Virus record (IMG/VR): IMGVR_UViG_3300011438_000009 | Location: 1 to 42,164 of that record | Reading direction: 5' to 3' (one strand) | DNA: 42,164 bases | Source of the DNA: a virus | Shown: positions 8,376 through 16,942 of the stretch, piece by piece | Position numbering within the stretch: the first letter of the stretch is position 1 | Layout of the letters: the number at the start of each line of letters is the position of its first letter | Program-made: the position numbers and the translations under genes | Notes under the pieces: model-generated | Databases searched by the model: none | What the model saw: only the letters and a program-made list of their open reading frames with translations | What the model was told of the DNA's origin: nothing

Positions 8376-9671
8376 CTATTGCAGGCCGCCGTTGACGCGA
8401 CGTATCGCGTTCGCGACTGCCTCACGGGCTGTTCCGCTGGGTTGCCTCGGTCGCGAAGTCCCGTTTGAGGGGCCGACATCGCGGGAGCCTGAGATCGAGC
8501 GGTCTACTTGCCGGGTCTGAGCCGATGGGGTGCGCGTCTGAGGCGCTTGGGTGGTCGGGTGGAGCAGCTCCGCCCGCCGGTAGGCTTCAGGGAGAGGGAA
8601 ACCGAGCGCGATCTCGCGCTTGATCGCCTCTCCCAGTTCGTCCAGCCGCGGGTGGCTGTCAGCAAAGACATCGATAGCCGACCGCGTCTGGTTGAACTGC
8701 TGGTCAGTATGCATCTGCTGCACGGCCTGTTGCAAGCTCTGGATCTGGGCGTGCAGGGCGCCGATCTGCTGGCTGGCCGCGTGCTGCTGGTTGCCCATCT
8801 GCAGCTGACGCAGCTGGTCGGGGCTCTGACTGAGGACGTGATAGGCGATGTCGCGGAACCCGATCCGCTCGCCCTCGGGCGTGCGCAGGTTCAGGTTATT
8901 GACGATCATGTCGAGGCCGGCGATCGGATCCGCGCGCAGCTTCTGTTCCATACCGGTGTAGTTGGTCAGGGCGGTGGCGAGATCGGTGCCGTGGTCGGTC
9001 GCCATCTTGTGGAAGTGGCGGATCTTGCTCATCTCGTCGAAGTCGTTCTTGTAGACCCTGTAGGCCTTTACGAACTCCTCCTGCATGCGGTGCACCTCGC
9101 CGCGGACGCTTTCCGGCGCCGAGCTCCACTCCGCCTTGGCGCGCTCGGAGAACCGGCCGGGCGAGGCCGCATAGGGCGCACTGGCCGGCAACGCCGCAGC
9201 GGCGCGCGCGGGCTGAGTTCCTGCTGCGTTCTGCTGCGCGACATTCGCGGCTCCGTTTGTCGCGACATTCGGGGCGCCGTTTGTTTCGCGCGGTGCGAAC
9301 CGGCCGCGATCGCGCGGCTGGTCGTCGGGGCGCCGGCGCAGGTCGAGGCGCTCCTTCGGCGTCTCCTCGGGCGGCTGGTTGTGGCCGGGCCGGGCGTCAG
9401 CTGCTGTCGGCGGCGTTTTCGGGGCCGCCGCTTTAGGCGGCTCGGCTGTACGATTGGCCCTGTCGTAGGCCCGCTGCACGGCATCGCGGATGCCTTCCGA
9501 TTTGCTTCCGGGAGGCTTGTCGGGTGCCTGCGAGCCGACCGGGTTGGGGCTGTTGACCGGGTTCGGGTTGATCGGAACCTCGCGCGCGGTCTGCGGGGGT
9601 TGCGCCGCCGGTGCCGGGGTATTGGCCGGTGCGGGACTTGGCGGCGCCGACGTAACGCTCGTATCTGACAT
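8376..9671 (-). CDS. Scaffolding-like protein (431 aa)
   Basis: The ORF runs to 10007. ATG 9671 (MSDTSVTS) has AGAGGGA 6 nt upstream. The product has a disordered P/A-rich N-terminus and a Q-rich helical C-terminal half. It lies directly upstream of the capsid gene. Confidence 0.65.
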   Translation of the reverse strand: MSDTSVTSAPPSPAPANTPAPAAQPPQTAREVPINPNPVNSPNPVGSQAPDKPPGSKSEGIRDAVQRAYDRANRTAEPPKAAAPKTPPTAADARPGHNQPPEETPKERLDLRRRPDDQPRDRGRFAPRETNGAPNVATNGAANVAQQNAAGTQPARAAAALPASAPYAASPGRFSERAKAEWSSAPESVRGEVHRMQEEFVKAYRVYKNDFDEMSKIRHFHKMATDHGTDLATALTNYTGMEQKLRADPIAGLDMIVNNLNLRTPEGERIGFRDIAYHVLSQSPDQLRQLQMGNQQHAASQQIGALHAQIQSLQQAVQQMHTDQQFNQTRSAIDVFADSHPRLDELGEAIKREIALGFPLPEAYRRAELLHPTTQAPQTRTPSAQTRQVDRSISGSRDVGPSNGTSRPRQPSGTAREAVANAIRRVNGGLQ

Positions 9672-9682
9672 GGCTTTTCCCT

Positions 9683-10042
9683 CTATGTACGGCCAGACTG
9701 ACCGTGTTTGCGGCTCTGGCTTTCCCGCACGGCGTACTCGTGGGTCGGCGCGGCCTTGTATTGCTCGATCGCGGTCTTGATCGTCTGCATGCGCTTCTCC
9801 CGGCTCGGCACGATCCGCTTGCGCGGCTTCGGCTTCTCGTTGCCGACCTCGGTCAGGCCCAGTGACCTGCCGACCGCCCGGAACGCGCGCTTGCTCTCGT
9901 AGAACCGGCCGTCGACCTGCTCGGTCGGCGGCATCGTGTCGGAGATCACCGTCGGGCAGGGCAGGTCGGATGCGGGCGCTAAATGCCGCACTTTTAGCAC
10001 CCGCCACCTGCCGGGCTCGAACTCCTCCAGCTCAACCGTCAC
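9683..10042 (-). CDS. Hypothetical 119-aa head-module protein
   Basis: GTG 10042 lies 9 nt after GGGAGG and overlaps the upstream stop (GTGA). The longer ORF extending to 10411 is in another gene's territory. Confidence 0.6.
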   Translation of the reverse strand: MTVELEEFEPGRWRVLKVRHLAPASDLPCPTVISDTMPPTEQVDGRFYESKRAFRAVGRSLGLTEVGNEKPKPRKRIVPSREKRMQTIKTAIEQYKAAPTHEYAVRESQSRKHGQSGRT

Positions 10043-10233
10043 TTCGGGTTGCCTCCCGTCGTCGACACCACGACGAAGGTTACGGGGATGCCGCGCGCAG
10101 CCACCTTCGTCACCGCAATGCCGCGACCGGGCAGCAGGCTTTCGGTCACAGCCATGCCGAGGCTGGGCGTGGTCGCGGTGACGTCGACGACGGGCATGCC
10201 GCCCGACGCCACCGTGATGACCGCCGTGCTCAC
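10039..10233 (-). CDS. 64-aa protein with four G-[MI]-[PA]-V-T repeats
   Basis: The GTG start overlaps the upstream stop (GTGA). ATGCCG cores at 10088, 10118, 10154 and 10196 are spaced 30/36/42 nt. All spacings are multiples of 3, which indicates in-frame peptide repeats. Confidence 0.5.
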   Translation of the reverse strand: MSTAVITVASGGMPVVDVTATTPSLGMAVTESLLPGRGIAVTKVAARGIPVTFVVVSTTGGNPK

Positions 10234-10721
10234 TTCTTGCCCTTGCGCGCCGCCGGCGCGTTGAACGTGAACTCGACGGGGTCGCTGACCTCCGGCCCAT
10301 TCTTGACGGTGACCTGAACCGTGTCAGGGCCAAGCCACACCGCCATGTTGATGCCGGTCGACAGCGTCTTGGCCTCGGCGTCGAACGTCGTCGGCTCGTC
10401 GTGACCGGCAAAGGTGATCACGCTGTCGGCGAAGAAGTTCTCGCCGGTGATGACCAGCGGGAAGTCGGGATCGCCGAGCGTGCACTCGTAGGGGTCGTAG
10501 CCGGTTATGACAGGCTTCGGCACCACGATGCCCTCCGGCAGCGGCAGGCTGACCGTCTGCGGCTCGTTGATCGAGGCCGTGAACGGGAACGGTGGCGGCG
10601 CCGCCTCGGCCTTTGGTGCGGCCTTGGCCTTGTCATCGGCAGGCTGACCCTGCTCGGAGAGAGGAAGTTGCTCGCGCTCGTGCTCGTCGTCGGTTTCGTC
10701 GTCGTGCTTCTTGCCGGCCAT
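10230..10721 (-). CDS. IPT/TIG (Ig-like) domain protein, 163 aa, with an acidic N-terminus
   Basis: Matching string: PVITGYDPYECTLGDPDFPLVITGENFFADSVITFAGHDEPTTFDAEAKTLSTGINMAVWLGPDTVQVTVKNGPEVSDPVEFTF. GGGAG lies about 10 nt upstream of ATG 10721. Confidence 0.7.
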   Translation of the reverse strand: MAGKKHDDETDDEHEREQLPLSEQGQPADDKAKAAPKAEAAPPPFPFTASINEPQTVSLPLPEGIVVPKPVITGYDPYECTLGDPDFPLVITGENFFADSVITFAGHDEPTTFDAEAKTLSTGINMAVWLGPDTVQVTVKNGPEVSDPVEFTFNAPAARKGKK

Positions 10722-10744
10722 GGTGTCGATCTCCCTGCAGACCC

Positions 10745-11611
10745 TTACGAGAAGGTCCAGTTGACGGTGAGGGTGACGACGACGCCGCCCGTGGTGACGT
10801 AGACCGGCAGCGTGCCGGGCGTCGCCTTCTTCGGCGTGATCGCGGTGATGTTGGTCGACGACACGAAGGTCGTCGGGTAGTTGATGCCGTTGACGTTGAG
10901 CACGCTCTGCGGCGTGAAGCCGACGCCGGTCGCCGAGCAGGTGCCGGTGCCGCCACCGCTGGCGATCGTCGCGATCGAGGTCAGCGTCGGGTTGGTGACC
11001 GGGCTGAGGCTCGAAGGATGCTTGCCGTTCGGCGCGACCGGCGCGCCGGCGTCGGTCGTGGCCTTGACCAGCGCAGGCCCGGCGCCGACCGTGACCAGCG
11101 GGATCGGCGCGTAGATGGCCGGGCTGTACTTCAGCGGGTCGACGCCATAATCGGTCGAGGCGCCCGCGCTCTTGGTGGCCACCGTCTCGGCGCCGAGGCC
11201 CTCGGCCGTGGCGCTGGCACTGGCAGGCACCAGCCCGCCGGCGACGGGATAGGATCCGATCACTGTGTTGAAGCCGGTGCCGCCGGCTCCTGCAGCATTG
11301 GTGCCGGGCGTCGTGCCGGTGCCGTTGTCGCCGGCGGACGTGCCGCCTGCGAGGGCCGCCACTGAGGCAGCGAAGGCCGTCGGCGTCAGCGCGCTGCCGT
11401 CGTCATAGTACGGCGGCGGGTTCGGGTTGACGCCGTAGGGTGCCTGCGGCCTGCCGCCGGAGCCGTCGGCGGCGATCGCCGTCAGGTTCTGCGGGTTGGC
11501 GTAATTGACCCGCTGGAAGTTCGGCGGGTTGGGGCCGCTGGTGCCGGTGGTGGCAAAGTTGGTCGGCGGCATCGGGTTGGCCGGGGTGACCGTGACTGCG
11601 GATTGCGCCAT
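10745..11611 (-). CDS. Protein with a C-terminal IPT/TIG (Ig-like) domain, 288 aa
   Basis: ATG 11611 overlaps the upstream TAA (TAATG). C-terminal string: PTLTSIATIASGGGTGTCSATGVGFTPQSVLNVNGINYPTTFVSSTNITAITPKKATPGTLPVYVTTGG. The ORF-track start at 11983 lies inside the upstream gene. Confidence 0.7.
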   Translation of the reverse strand: MAQSAVTVTPANPMPPTNFATTGTSGPNPPNFQRVNYANPQNLTAIAADGSGGRPQAPYGVNPNPPPYYDDGSALTPTAFAASVAALAGGTSAGDNGTGTTPGTNAAGAGGTGFNTVIGSYPVAGGLVPASASATAEGLGAETVATKSAGASTDYGVDPLKYSPAIYAPIPLVTVGAGPALVKATTDAGAPVAPNGKHPSSLSPVTNPTLTSIATIASGGGTGTCSATGVGFTPQSVLNVNGINYPTTFVSSTNITAITPKKATPGTLPVYVTTGGVVVTLTVNWTFS

Positions 11612-13425
11612 TACATTCTCTCCTCGGGTTGGTAGTCGTCCTGCCGGGCAAGGTCGCCCATTCCCTTTCGTGACAGCCTCGCCGCCAGCGCGGCCGCGAC
11701 GCTCGCGCCGACACCATACATCGGGATCTCCTTCAGGATCAGCCCCCGTCGCACGATCTCGTCCTTGGGCATACCTGTCAGGCGGTGCGTCGTCTCGATC
11801 GAGCGGTTGATCTGGTTGATCATCGGCCCCTCGTACTTGAACGGCACGCCAAGCCGCTCCTCCTCGCTGAGCGCCTTCAGGCCGGCCCAGCCGACGTCCT
11901 GAAAGCCGCGCACGCCGCGGCCGCTGTTGTGGCCGATCTTGGCGGCTTCCTCGTGCAGGGTACGTGTTGCCGGGCCATACCATTTCGGGATCGTCTCGCC
12001 GGGCTTGATGGCGCCGAACATCTGCTCGTCCATCACGCCGGCGTTGACGTCGCCCGCCAGCGCGTTGTCGAAGTCGTACCGCTTCGGGTTCTTCTCCGGG
12101 TTGAAGCCGACCATGCCCTCGTCGATGAACTTCTGCGCCTGCTTCATGTTGCCACTGGCGAAACGTCCGCCGATCGGGAACGGCATCTCGTAGGCGCGCT
12201 TGGCGACGTTCTCGCCCTGCTTGTTGAGGTAGTTGGCCCAGTGCGACATCAGGAAGTTGTCGTACGGGCTGGCGCCACCGGTCGTCGCGGCCATCATGCC
12301 GCTGAACTCCTTCTTGAAGGCCTCCTTGCCGGCCACGGGCCCGAGCACCTTCACATACTCGTCCTGCAGCTGCTTCATGAAGTACCAGTCCTCGGCGTTG
12401 CCGAGCGTCTGACCCTTCTCGAAGCCGGCCTGCAGCCGCGCGCGGGCCTCGTCGGTGCCGTACTCCTTATTGAACTTGTCGCGCGTCGCCTGCGTCTTCG
12501 GATCCGCCGCGACGCGGGTGTCGAGGAAGGGGCCGTAATCGCTGGCGGGGATGTCGGCGCGCTGCGCCGGGTCGAAGTAGGGCGTGTAGCCGTGCAGATC
12601 CATCTCGCGCTGGACGGTGTTGCGGTCCTTCTGGAACTGCGCGACCGGCGGCAGCAGCCGCTTCTCGAAGAAGTAGCGCGGCGTGGCGTCCAGTGCCGCG
12701 GCCTCCTCGAACGAGCTATATGGCACCTCGCCGAGCGGCTTGGTCGTGAGGTAGCTGCCCGGCTTCTTCGGATCCGGCCGCTTCTCCATCAGCGCCGGCG
12801 GCCCGATCTCCGGGTACTGCTCGGCGTATTGCGGGTAGGTGTCCCACAGCTTCTCGGCCTTGGCGCGCAGCTTGGGGTCGGCGTAGGTGTTGATGCGTGT
12901 GATGTCCTGATGTGGCACCGGCGGCAGCGGCGTGCTCTTGGCGAACTCCTCCGCCGTCATCGCCTGCCACGGCGGCGGCGCGCGCGTGATCGAGGCGCCT
13001 TGCCGGAATATGCTGTTGCCGGGGTCGAAGCCGGTGCCGGTCTTGATCTTCTTGCCCGCCTGCGCCGGGTCGGCATCGAGCATGCGTCCTGCGACCAAGG
13101 CAGCCTTGCCGAAGGGGCCGCCGACGGCCATCAGGCCGAGGTCGGTCGGCGTCTGCGGCAGCGCGTAGTCGGAAGCGATCACGCCCGACGTGCGCTTGGG
13201 CGGATCCGCGCGCCATGCGCTGAACGGCACCAGCGGGTTCGGGCGCTCTTCAGCTGGCTTGGCGCGCGGCGCCATCGTGTTCGACCACGGGTCGTTGCCG
13301 AGCGGCCGGTATTCATTCTGTGCTGCCAGCGCACCAAGCTGCCAGCCGGCCTCAGGCGGCAGGTCCTGCGCCAGCGACGGCAGGTCGCTCGGGTACTCGT
13401 CGAGGCGTGCGAGGTTTCCGATCAT
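11611..13425 (-). CDS. Large hypothetical protein, 604 aa (candidate packaged or ejected effector-type protein)
   Basis: ATGA overlap with the upstream ART-like gene. I recognise no catalytic motif. It sits in the portal-proximal head module. Confidence 0.8.
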   Translation of the reverse strand: MIGNLARLDEYPSDLPSLAQDLPPEAGWQLGALAAQNEYRPLGNDPWSNTMAPRAKPAEERPNPLVPFSAWRADPPKRTSGVIASDYALPQTPTDLGLMAVGGPFGKAALVAGRMLDADPAQAGKKIKTGTGFDPGNSIFRQGASITRAPPPWQAMTAEEFAKSTPLPPVPHQDITRINTYADPKLRAKAEKLWDTYPQYAEQYPEIGPPALMEKRPDPKKPGSYLTTKPLGEVPYSSFEEAAALDATPRYFFEKRLLPPVAQFQKDRNTVQREMDLHGYTPYFDPAQRADIPASDYGPFLDTRVAADPKTQATRDKFNKEYGTDEARARLQAGFEKGQTLGNAEDWYFMKQLQDEYVKVLGPVAGKEAFKKEFSGMMAATTGGASPYDNFLMSHWANYLNKQGENVAKRAYEMPFPIGGRFASGNMKQAQKFIDEGMVGFNPEKNPKRYDFDNALAGDVNAGVMDEQMFGAIKPGETIPKWYGPATRTLHEEAAKIGHNSGRGVRGFQDVGWAGLKALSEEERLGVPFKYEGPMINQINRSIETTHRLTGMPKDEIVRRGLILKEIPMYGVGASVAAALAARLSRKGMGDLARQDDYQPEERM

Positions 13426-14018
13426 GGCTGCGCCTCATACTGTGAGGGGTCGTAGAGAGCGCCGAGCGCGCCGGCTGGCGCGGCGACGCCGCCGCCCATG
13501 ATCACGGGCTTGCCGGCGTTCGCCGGATCAAACGGCGCGAACTGCCCGCGCAGGTTGGCGTTGTTGAAGTCGACGCGCACGCCGTTACCGAAGTCGACCG
13601 CGTCGTGACCTTGGCTGCGCAGCTGGTCAAACCAGTCGCTTTGCGCCTTCTTGTAGTTGGTCGCGCCGCGCAGCCACTCCGGGTACTCGGCGACCACATA
13701 GGGGTTCTGCGGTGGCCGCGCGTAGAGCGGCAGCACGCGCGAAGCGGTGTTGGTCGGCTCCAGCTTGTAGCCGCTGCCGGGCGCGAGCCTGAACCCTTGA
13801 CTGTCGTTCTGCAGCGCGTAGGCCGACGCCTCCTTCGGATCAGTGGTCGTCCACGTGCCGTGTCGACTGTCCTTGAACTTGGTGAAGTCCTTGTCCTTCG
13901 ACGTGCCGTGATAGCGCGGCGTCGACACGTCGAAACCCTGCTCGGCCGCGCGCGACAGCCGTTGCTCCGGGTTCAACACACCCATCAGCAGCTTGGCGAT
14001 GGCGTCGCGCGCGCCCAT
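13422..14018 (-). CDS. Putative ADP-ribosyltransferase-like protein (ART-PolyVal-like pattern), 198 aa
   Basis: The string RYHGTSKDKDFTKFKD..GTWTTTDPKEASAYAL..RVLPLYARPPQNPYVV resembles, from memory, the hGT..F..F / yFt.d...A..YA / vyl...NP pattern of polyvalent-protein ARTs. The start overlaps the portal stop (TGATG). Confidence 0.5.
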   Translation of the reverse strand: MGARDAIAKLLMGVLNPEQRLSRAAEQGFDVSTPRYHGTSKDKDFTKFKDSRHGTWTTTDPKEASAYALQNDSQGFRLAPGSGYKLEPTNTASRVLPLYARPPQNPYVVAEYPEWLRGATNYKKAQSDWFDQLRSQGHDAVDFGNGVRVDFNNANLRGQFAPFDPANAGKPVIMGGGVAAPAGALGALYDPSQYEAQP

Positions 14019-16330
14019 CAGGCATTACCTCCCCCGAACGGCTGCGTCATCTGCTTCATGCGGTGCGCCTCTTGGCGTTCAACGCCGCGCGCCGCCATGT
14101 CCTGCTGCTTGGCGGCGTGCGCCTGCGCCTGCGCGGCGGCCTTCTCGCGTTCGAGCTGCATCTTCTGCTGGTTGGACGCCAGCTGCATCTGGTGCGCCTC
14201 GCGGCTCTCCAGCATCTTCTGGCCCTGCACGGCCATCTCGACCTGATCCTCGCCCTGATCCGAGCCGACCTTCATGCTGGCGATCTGGCGCTGGTTGGCC
14301 AGCTCCAGCTTCTTGTGCGCGTCCTCCTGCGCCAGCTTGTCCTTGGCGATCTGCGCATCCTGCTGCAGCTTCGCCATCGCGGTCTGCTGCTTGAGCTGCT
14401 CGATCTGCAGCGCGATCTTGCCTTGCGCCGTTGTCGGGTCGTCCGGCCGCGGGCCGGCGCCCTTGTCCTTCATCTGCTCGATCAAATCGTCGATCGCGCC
14501 GTCGAGCGAGCGGCCGGCGCGGAACGGTGCGGTGGCGAACTTGAGCACCTCGCCGCAGAACGGCGCCGTGGCCGGATCGGCCTGTATCATCGTCGACAGC
14601 TGCGGCAGCAATTGGCCAAGGACACCTACGAACTCGGTGCGGCGCTGTTTCTCGCCGTCCTCGTCGGCCATGATGGTGCTGTCGGTTTCGATGTCCAAGA
14701 CGAAGCTCTTGGCGCGCGTGTCGCGCAGGAAGTGCAGCACCTGCTCGATCGACACCTCCTGCTGCAGCTTCTGGACCTGCTGGTTGGCCTGCTGGATGAT
14801 TTGTTGCGCCTGCTGCATCAGCTGCTGCGGGTCGCCCTGCTGCTGCTGCGCCTGCTGGCCGAGCTGATCGAGCTGCTGCTGCGTGGCCTGCTTCACCTGC
14901 CCGATCTGGTCCTGCAGCATGTCCATCGTCGGCAGCTGCGTCTGGCTCATCTCGATGATGGTGACGTCGTCGAACTTCTCGGTGATGATCTCGCTGCAGA
15001 TCTCGACAAGGTCGCGCGCGACGCGGACCATCTCCTGCTGCTTGTCGCGGATCCGCGTCGTGCCGTACTGGTTCTTCAGCTTCTGGGCGCCGAGCGTCTC
15101 GTTCGGATCTGTGTCGCCGCGCATGATGTCGGCCATGCCGGTGATCTGGTAGATGTCCTCGATGATCTGCTTGCGCAGCATCACCAGCGCCGTGATCGTG
15201 GTCGCGATCATGTCGATCGGCAGCCAGATGACGATGTCCTTGGTCCCGCCGAAGGCGGCCCAGTTCGAGATCGGCACCAGCAACCGGCCGCTGCTGTGCG
15301 TGCTGACCGCGGCCTGAACCGCCTCCGCCAGTTCGGCGCCGCCGGCGGGGTAGAACCCCTTCGCCTCCAGTGCGTCACTGAGCGCGTGGATGCGCGACGT
15401 GAGCAGGTTGATCTCGTCGAGCTGGTCGCGGTACTGCATGACGTCGGGCACCGGCACCAAGCTGCCACGCTGCAGCGTGCCGTACGCCGGCTTCGGGCAC
15501 GGGAAGTAGTTCTGCAGTTCGAGGTGCGGGTTGCCCTCGTCGAGGATGTTCTCGCAGCCGTGGCTGACCCACAGCACTTTCTTCTCGCCCTTGACCCAGA
15601 TCTCCCAGAACGCGGCGCGCTCGCGGTTGTCGCCGCCGCCGACTTCCTTGGCGTCCTTGTTGACCTTGTAGTCAGCGCGCTGGTACTCGTCGCCGCTGTG
15701 CTTGCGGAAACGCTTTCGCGCCTCGGCGCGCGTCAAGTAGCTGGCGGCGGCGACCCACGTCACCTCGCGCCAGTTCGCCGAGAGGCTGTGCAGGAAGTCG
15801 CGGCGCTGCTTGAAGTCGACGCAAACGCGCTCGGTTTCATATCGGCCACCGCCGGCGCTCTCGTAGCGACACCACGGCACGCCGCGGCCGTTGAGGGCGA
15901 GGTCATCACGCACCAGCAGCATGAGGTCATTGATGCGCGTCAGGTCGAAGGCGACGACGCAGCACCGCTCCATCACCTCGCTGCTCTGCTGATACACCGG
16001 CCGCCTGTCCTTGAACTTCGGCGCCACCACCGGCACCGGCGCGGAGGCGTAGATACTCGGCTTGATCACCTCGCAGTTGGCCCAGAACATCGCGAACTCG
16101 CGATCGCGGATGGCGCGGTTGGAGCTGACGCTGTTGGTCGCGAGGCGTTCAAGGCTGGCGTACAGCTTGTCGATGCGGTCGCAGTGATCGTTCCAGCTCT
16201 CGAAGGCGTCCTCGGCCTCGATCAGCCGGTTGAGCCACGCCTTGGCCTTCTTCGGCGGCTGCACGTTGGGATCATATTCCAGATCGTCGTGGCGGACGTC
16301 TTCGTGGTTGGCGGCAGCGGTATCAGACAT
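14018..16330 (-). CDS. Portal protein (770 aa) with a long Q-rich coiled-coil C-terminal extension
   Basis: Evidence is size, position downstream of the terminase, and the string ..FWANCEVIKPSIYASAPVPVVAPKFKDRRPV.., which is typical of podovirus portals. The C-terminal roughly 250 aa are Q/K/E-rich helix, similar to a P22-type barrel. Confidence 0.85.
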   Translation of the reverse strand: MSDTAAANHEDVRHDDLEYDPNVQPPKKAKAWLNRLIEAEDAFESWNDHCDRIDKLYASLERLATNSVSSNRAIRDREFAMFWANCEVIKPSIYASAPVPVVAPKFKDRRPVYQQSSEVMERCCVVAFDLTRINDLMLLVRDDLALNGRGVPWCRYESAGGGRYETERVCVDFKQRRDFLHSLSANWREVTWVAAASYLTRAEARKRFRKHSGDEYQRADYKVNKDAKEVGGGDNRERAAFWEIWVKGEKKVLWVSHGCENILDEGNPHLELQNYFPCPKPAYGTLQRGSLVPVPDVMQYRDQLDEINLLTSRIHALSDALEAKGFYPAGGAELAEAVQAAVSTHSSGRLLVPISNWAAFGGTKDIVIWLPIDMIATTITALVMLRKQIIEDIYQITGMADIMRGDTDPNETLGAQKLKNQYGTTRIRDKQQEMVRVARDLVEICSEIITEKFDDVTIIEMSQTQLPTMDMLQDQIGQVKQATQQQLDQLGQQAQQQQGDPQQLMQQAQQIIQQANQQVQKLQQEVSIEQVLHFLRDTRAKSFVLDIETDSTIMADEDGEKQRRTEFVGVLGQLLPQLSTMIQADPATAPFCGEVLKFATAPFRAGRSLDGAIDDLIEQMKDKGAGPRPDDPTTAQGKIALQIEQLKQQTAMAKLQQDAQIAKDKLAQEDAHKKLELANQRQIASMKVGSDQGEDQVEMAVQGQKMLESREAHQMQLASNQQKMQLEREKAAAQAQAHAAKQQDMAARGVERQEAHRMKQMTQPFGGGNA

Positions 16331-16577
16331 CGTCGTGTCCCTTCACGCTGTTATTCCACACCATGCTGGGCGAGCGGTCGACGCCGCCCATCGATGTCGG
16401 CTCGTCGCTCAGCGGCAGCTCGGGCGCCTCAGCCTCGTCGACCATCACCTGCAACAGCGAAGCGGCGTTGCGCATCGAGGCGCTGATGCGCGCGTTACCG
16501 TACTGGTCGATCGCCTTGGCGTACATGGTCAGTTCGCTGACGAGCGTGTGGGCGAGGTCGATCTGAGCCTTGGTCAT
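16323..16577 (-). CDS. Hypothetical 84-aa protein
   Basis: ATGA overlap with the ParB-like gene and an 8-nt overlap with the portal start. Confidence 0.6.
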   Translation of the reverse strand: MTKAQIDLAHTLVSELTMYAKAIDQYGNARISASMRNAASLLQVMVDEAEAPELPLSDEPTSMGGVDRSPSMVWNNSVKGHDDV

Positions 16578-16942
16578 TGCTCCGGCCTCCAGTTAAGCAC
16601 CGGCACTTGATCTATTCCCAGCTCGATCGCCGCGTTGGCGCGGTGTCGGCCGTCCTCCAGCAGCGTGCCTGCGGCGTTCGGTCTGTTGTACAGCGCCAGC
16701 GGATCGAGCGTGCCGCCTTGCTGGATATGCTGCTTGAGCAGGTCGATGTTCTCGCGCGACACCTCGTCGATCGTCAGCGGCCGCGACTGCGCCAGATACT
16801 CCTGCGGCGTCATCGTCGTCATGCGGCCGCCTGTCGCCGCGTAGTTCATGTCGCCGTGCCACTCGCCGTGAGGCGCGGTCGGATACGCGCGCTTCTCCGC
16901 GACGCCCATCATAGCCTTGGCGATGCGATCGCGCATGCTCAT
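16574..16942 (-). CDS. ParB-like nuclease domain protein (122 aa)
   Basis: The ..LEDGRHRANAAIELGIDQVPV.. string matches the ParB/Srx-fold DGxHR motif. ATG 16942 overlaps the TerL stop (ATGA). The ORF-track start at 17110 lies inside TerL. Confidence 0.75.
   Translation of the reverse strand: MSMRDRIAKAMMGVAEKRAYPTAPHGEWHGDMNYAATGGRMTTMTPQEYLAQSRPLTIDEVSRENIDLLKQHIQQGGTLDPLALYNRPNAAGTLLEDGRHRANAAIELGIDQVPVLNWRPEQ

Noticed and set aside
8376-10007. N-terminal extensions of ORF-track entries: 8376..10007, 9683..10411, 10745..11983, 16574..17110, 18318..18665, 18846..19490, 23933..24751, 24008..25570, 30376..31323, 31573..32103, 32565..33200 and 33221..34117
   Set aside because: The extensions run through upstream genes or promoters and are R/P-rich. 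Internal starts with SD motifs or stop-start overlaps give compact, non-overlapping gene models.
10079-10201. Four copies of GTnACn..ATGCCGnG, considered as DNA iterons or a pac site
   Set aside because: The spacings (30, 36 and 42 nt) are all multiples of three, and the copies encode the same G-[MI]-[PA]-V-T peptide. They are more simply in-frame protein repeats. The plus-strand ORF 10049..10264 that mirrors them is an artefact.
11785-13455. 556-aa plus-strand ORF, plus similar long antisense ORFs at 19955..20980 (-), 22760..23944 (+), 7689..8468 (+), 39783..40991 (+) and 5595..6458 (+)
   Set aside because: All overlap well-supported genes on the other strand and have R/A/G/P-rich junk composition.
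14063-16486. 807-aa plus-strand ORF
   Set aside because: It is antisense to the portal gene. Its composition (L/R/A/V/D runs) is a mirror artefact.
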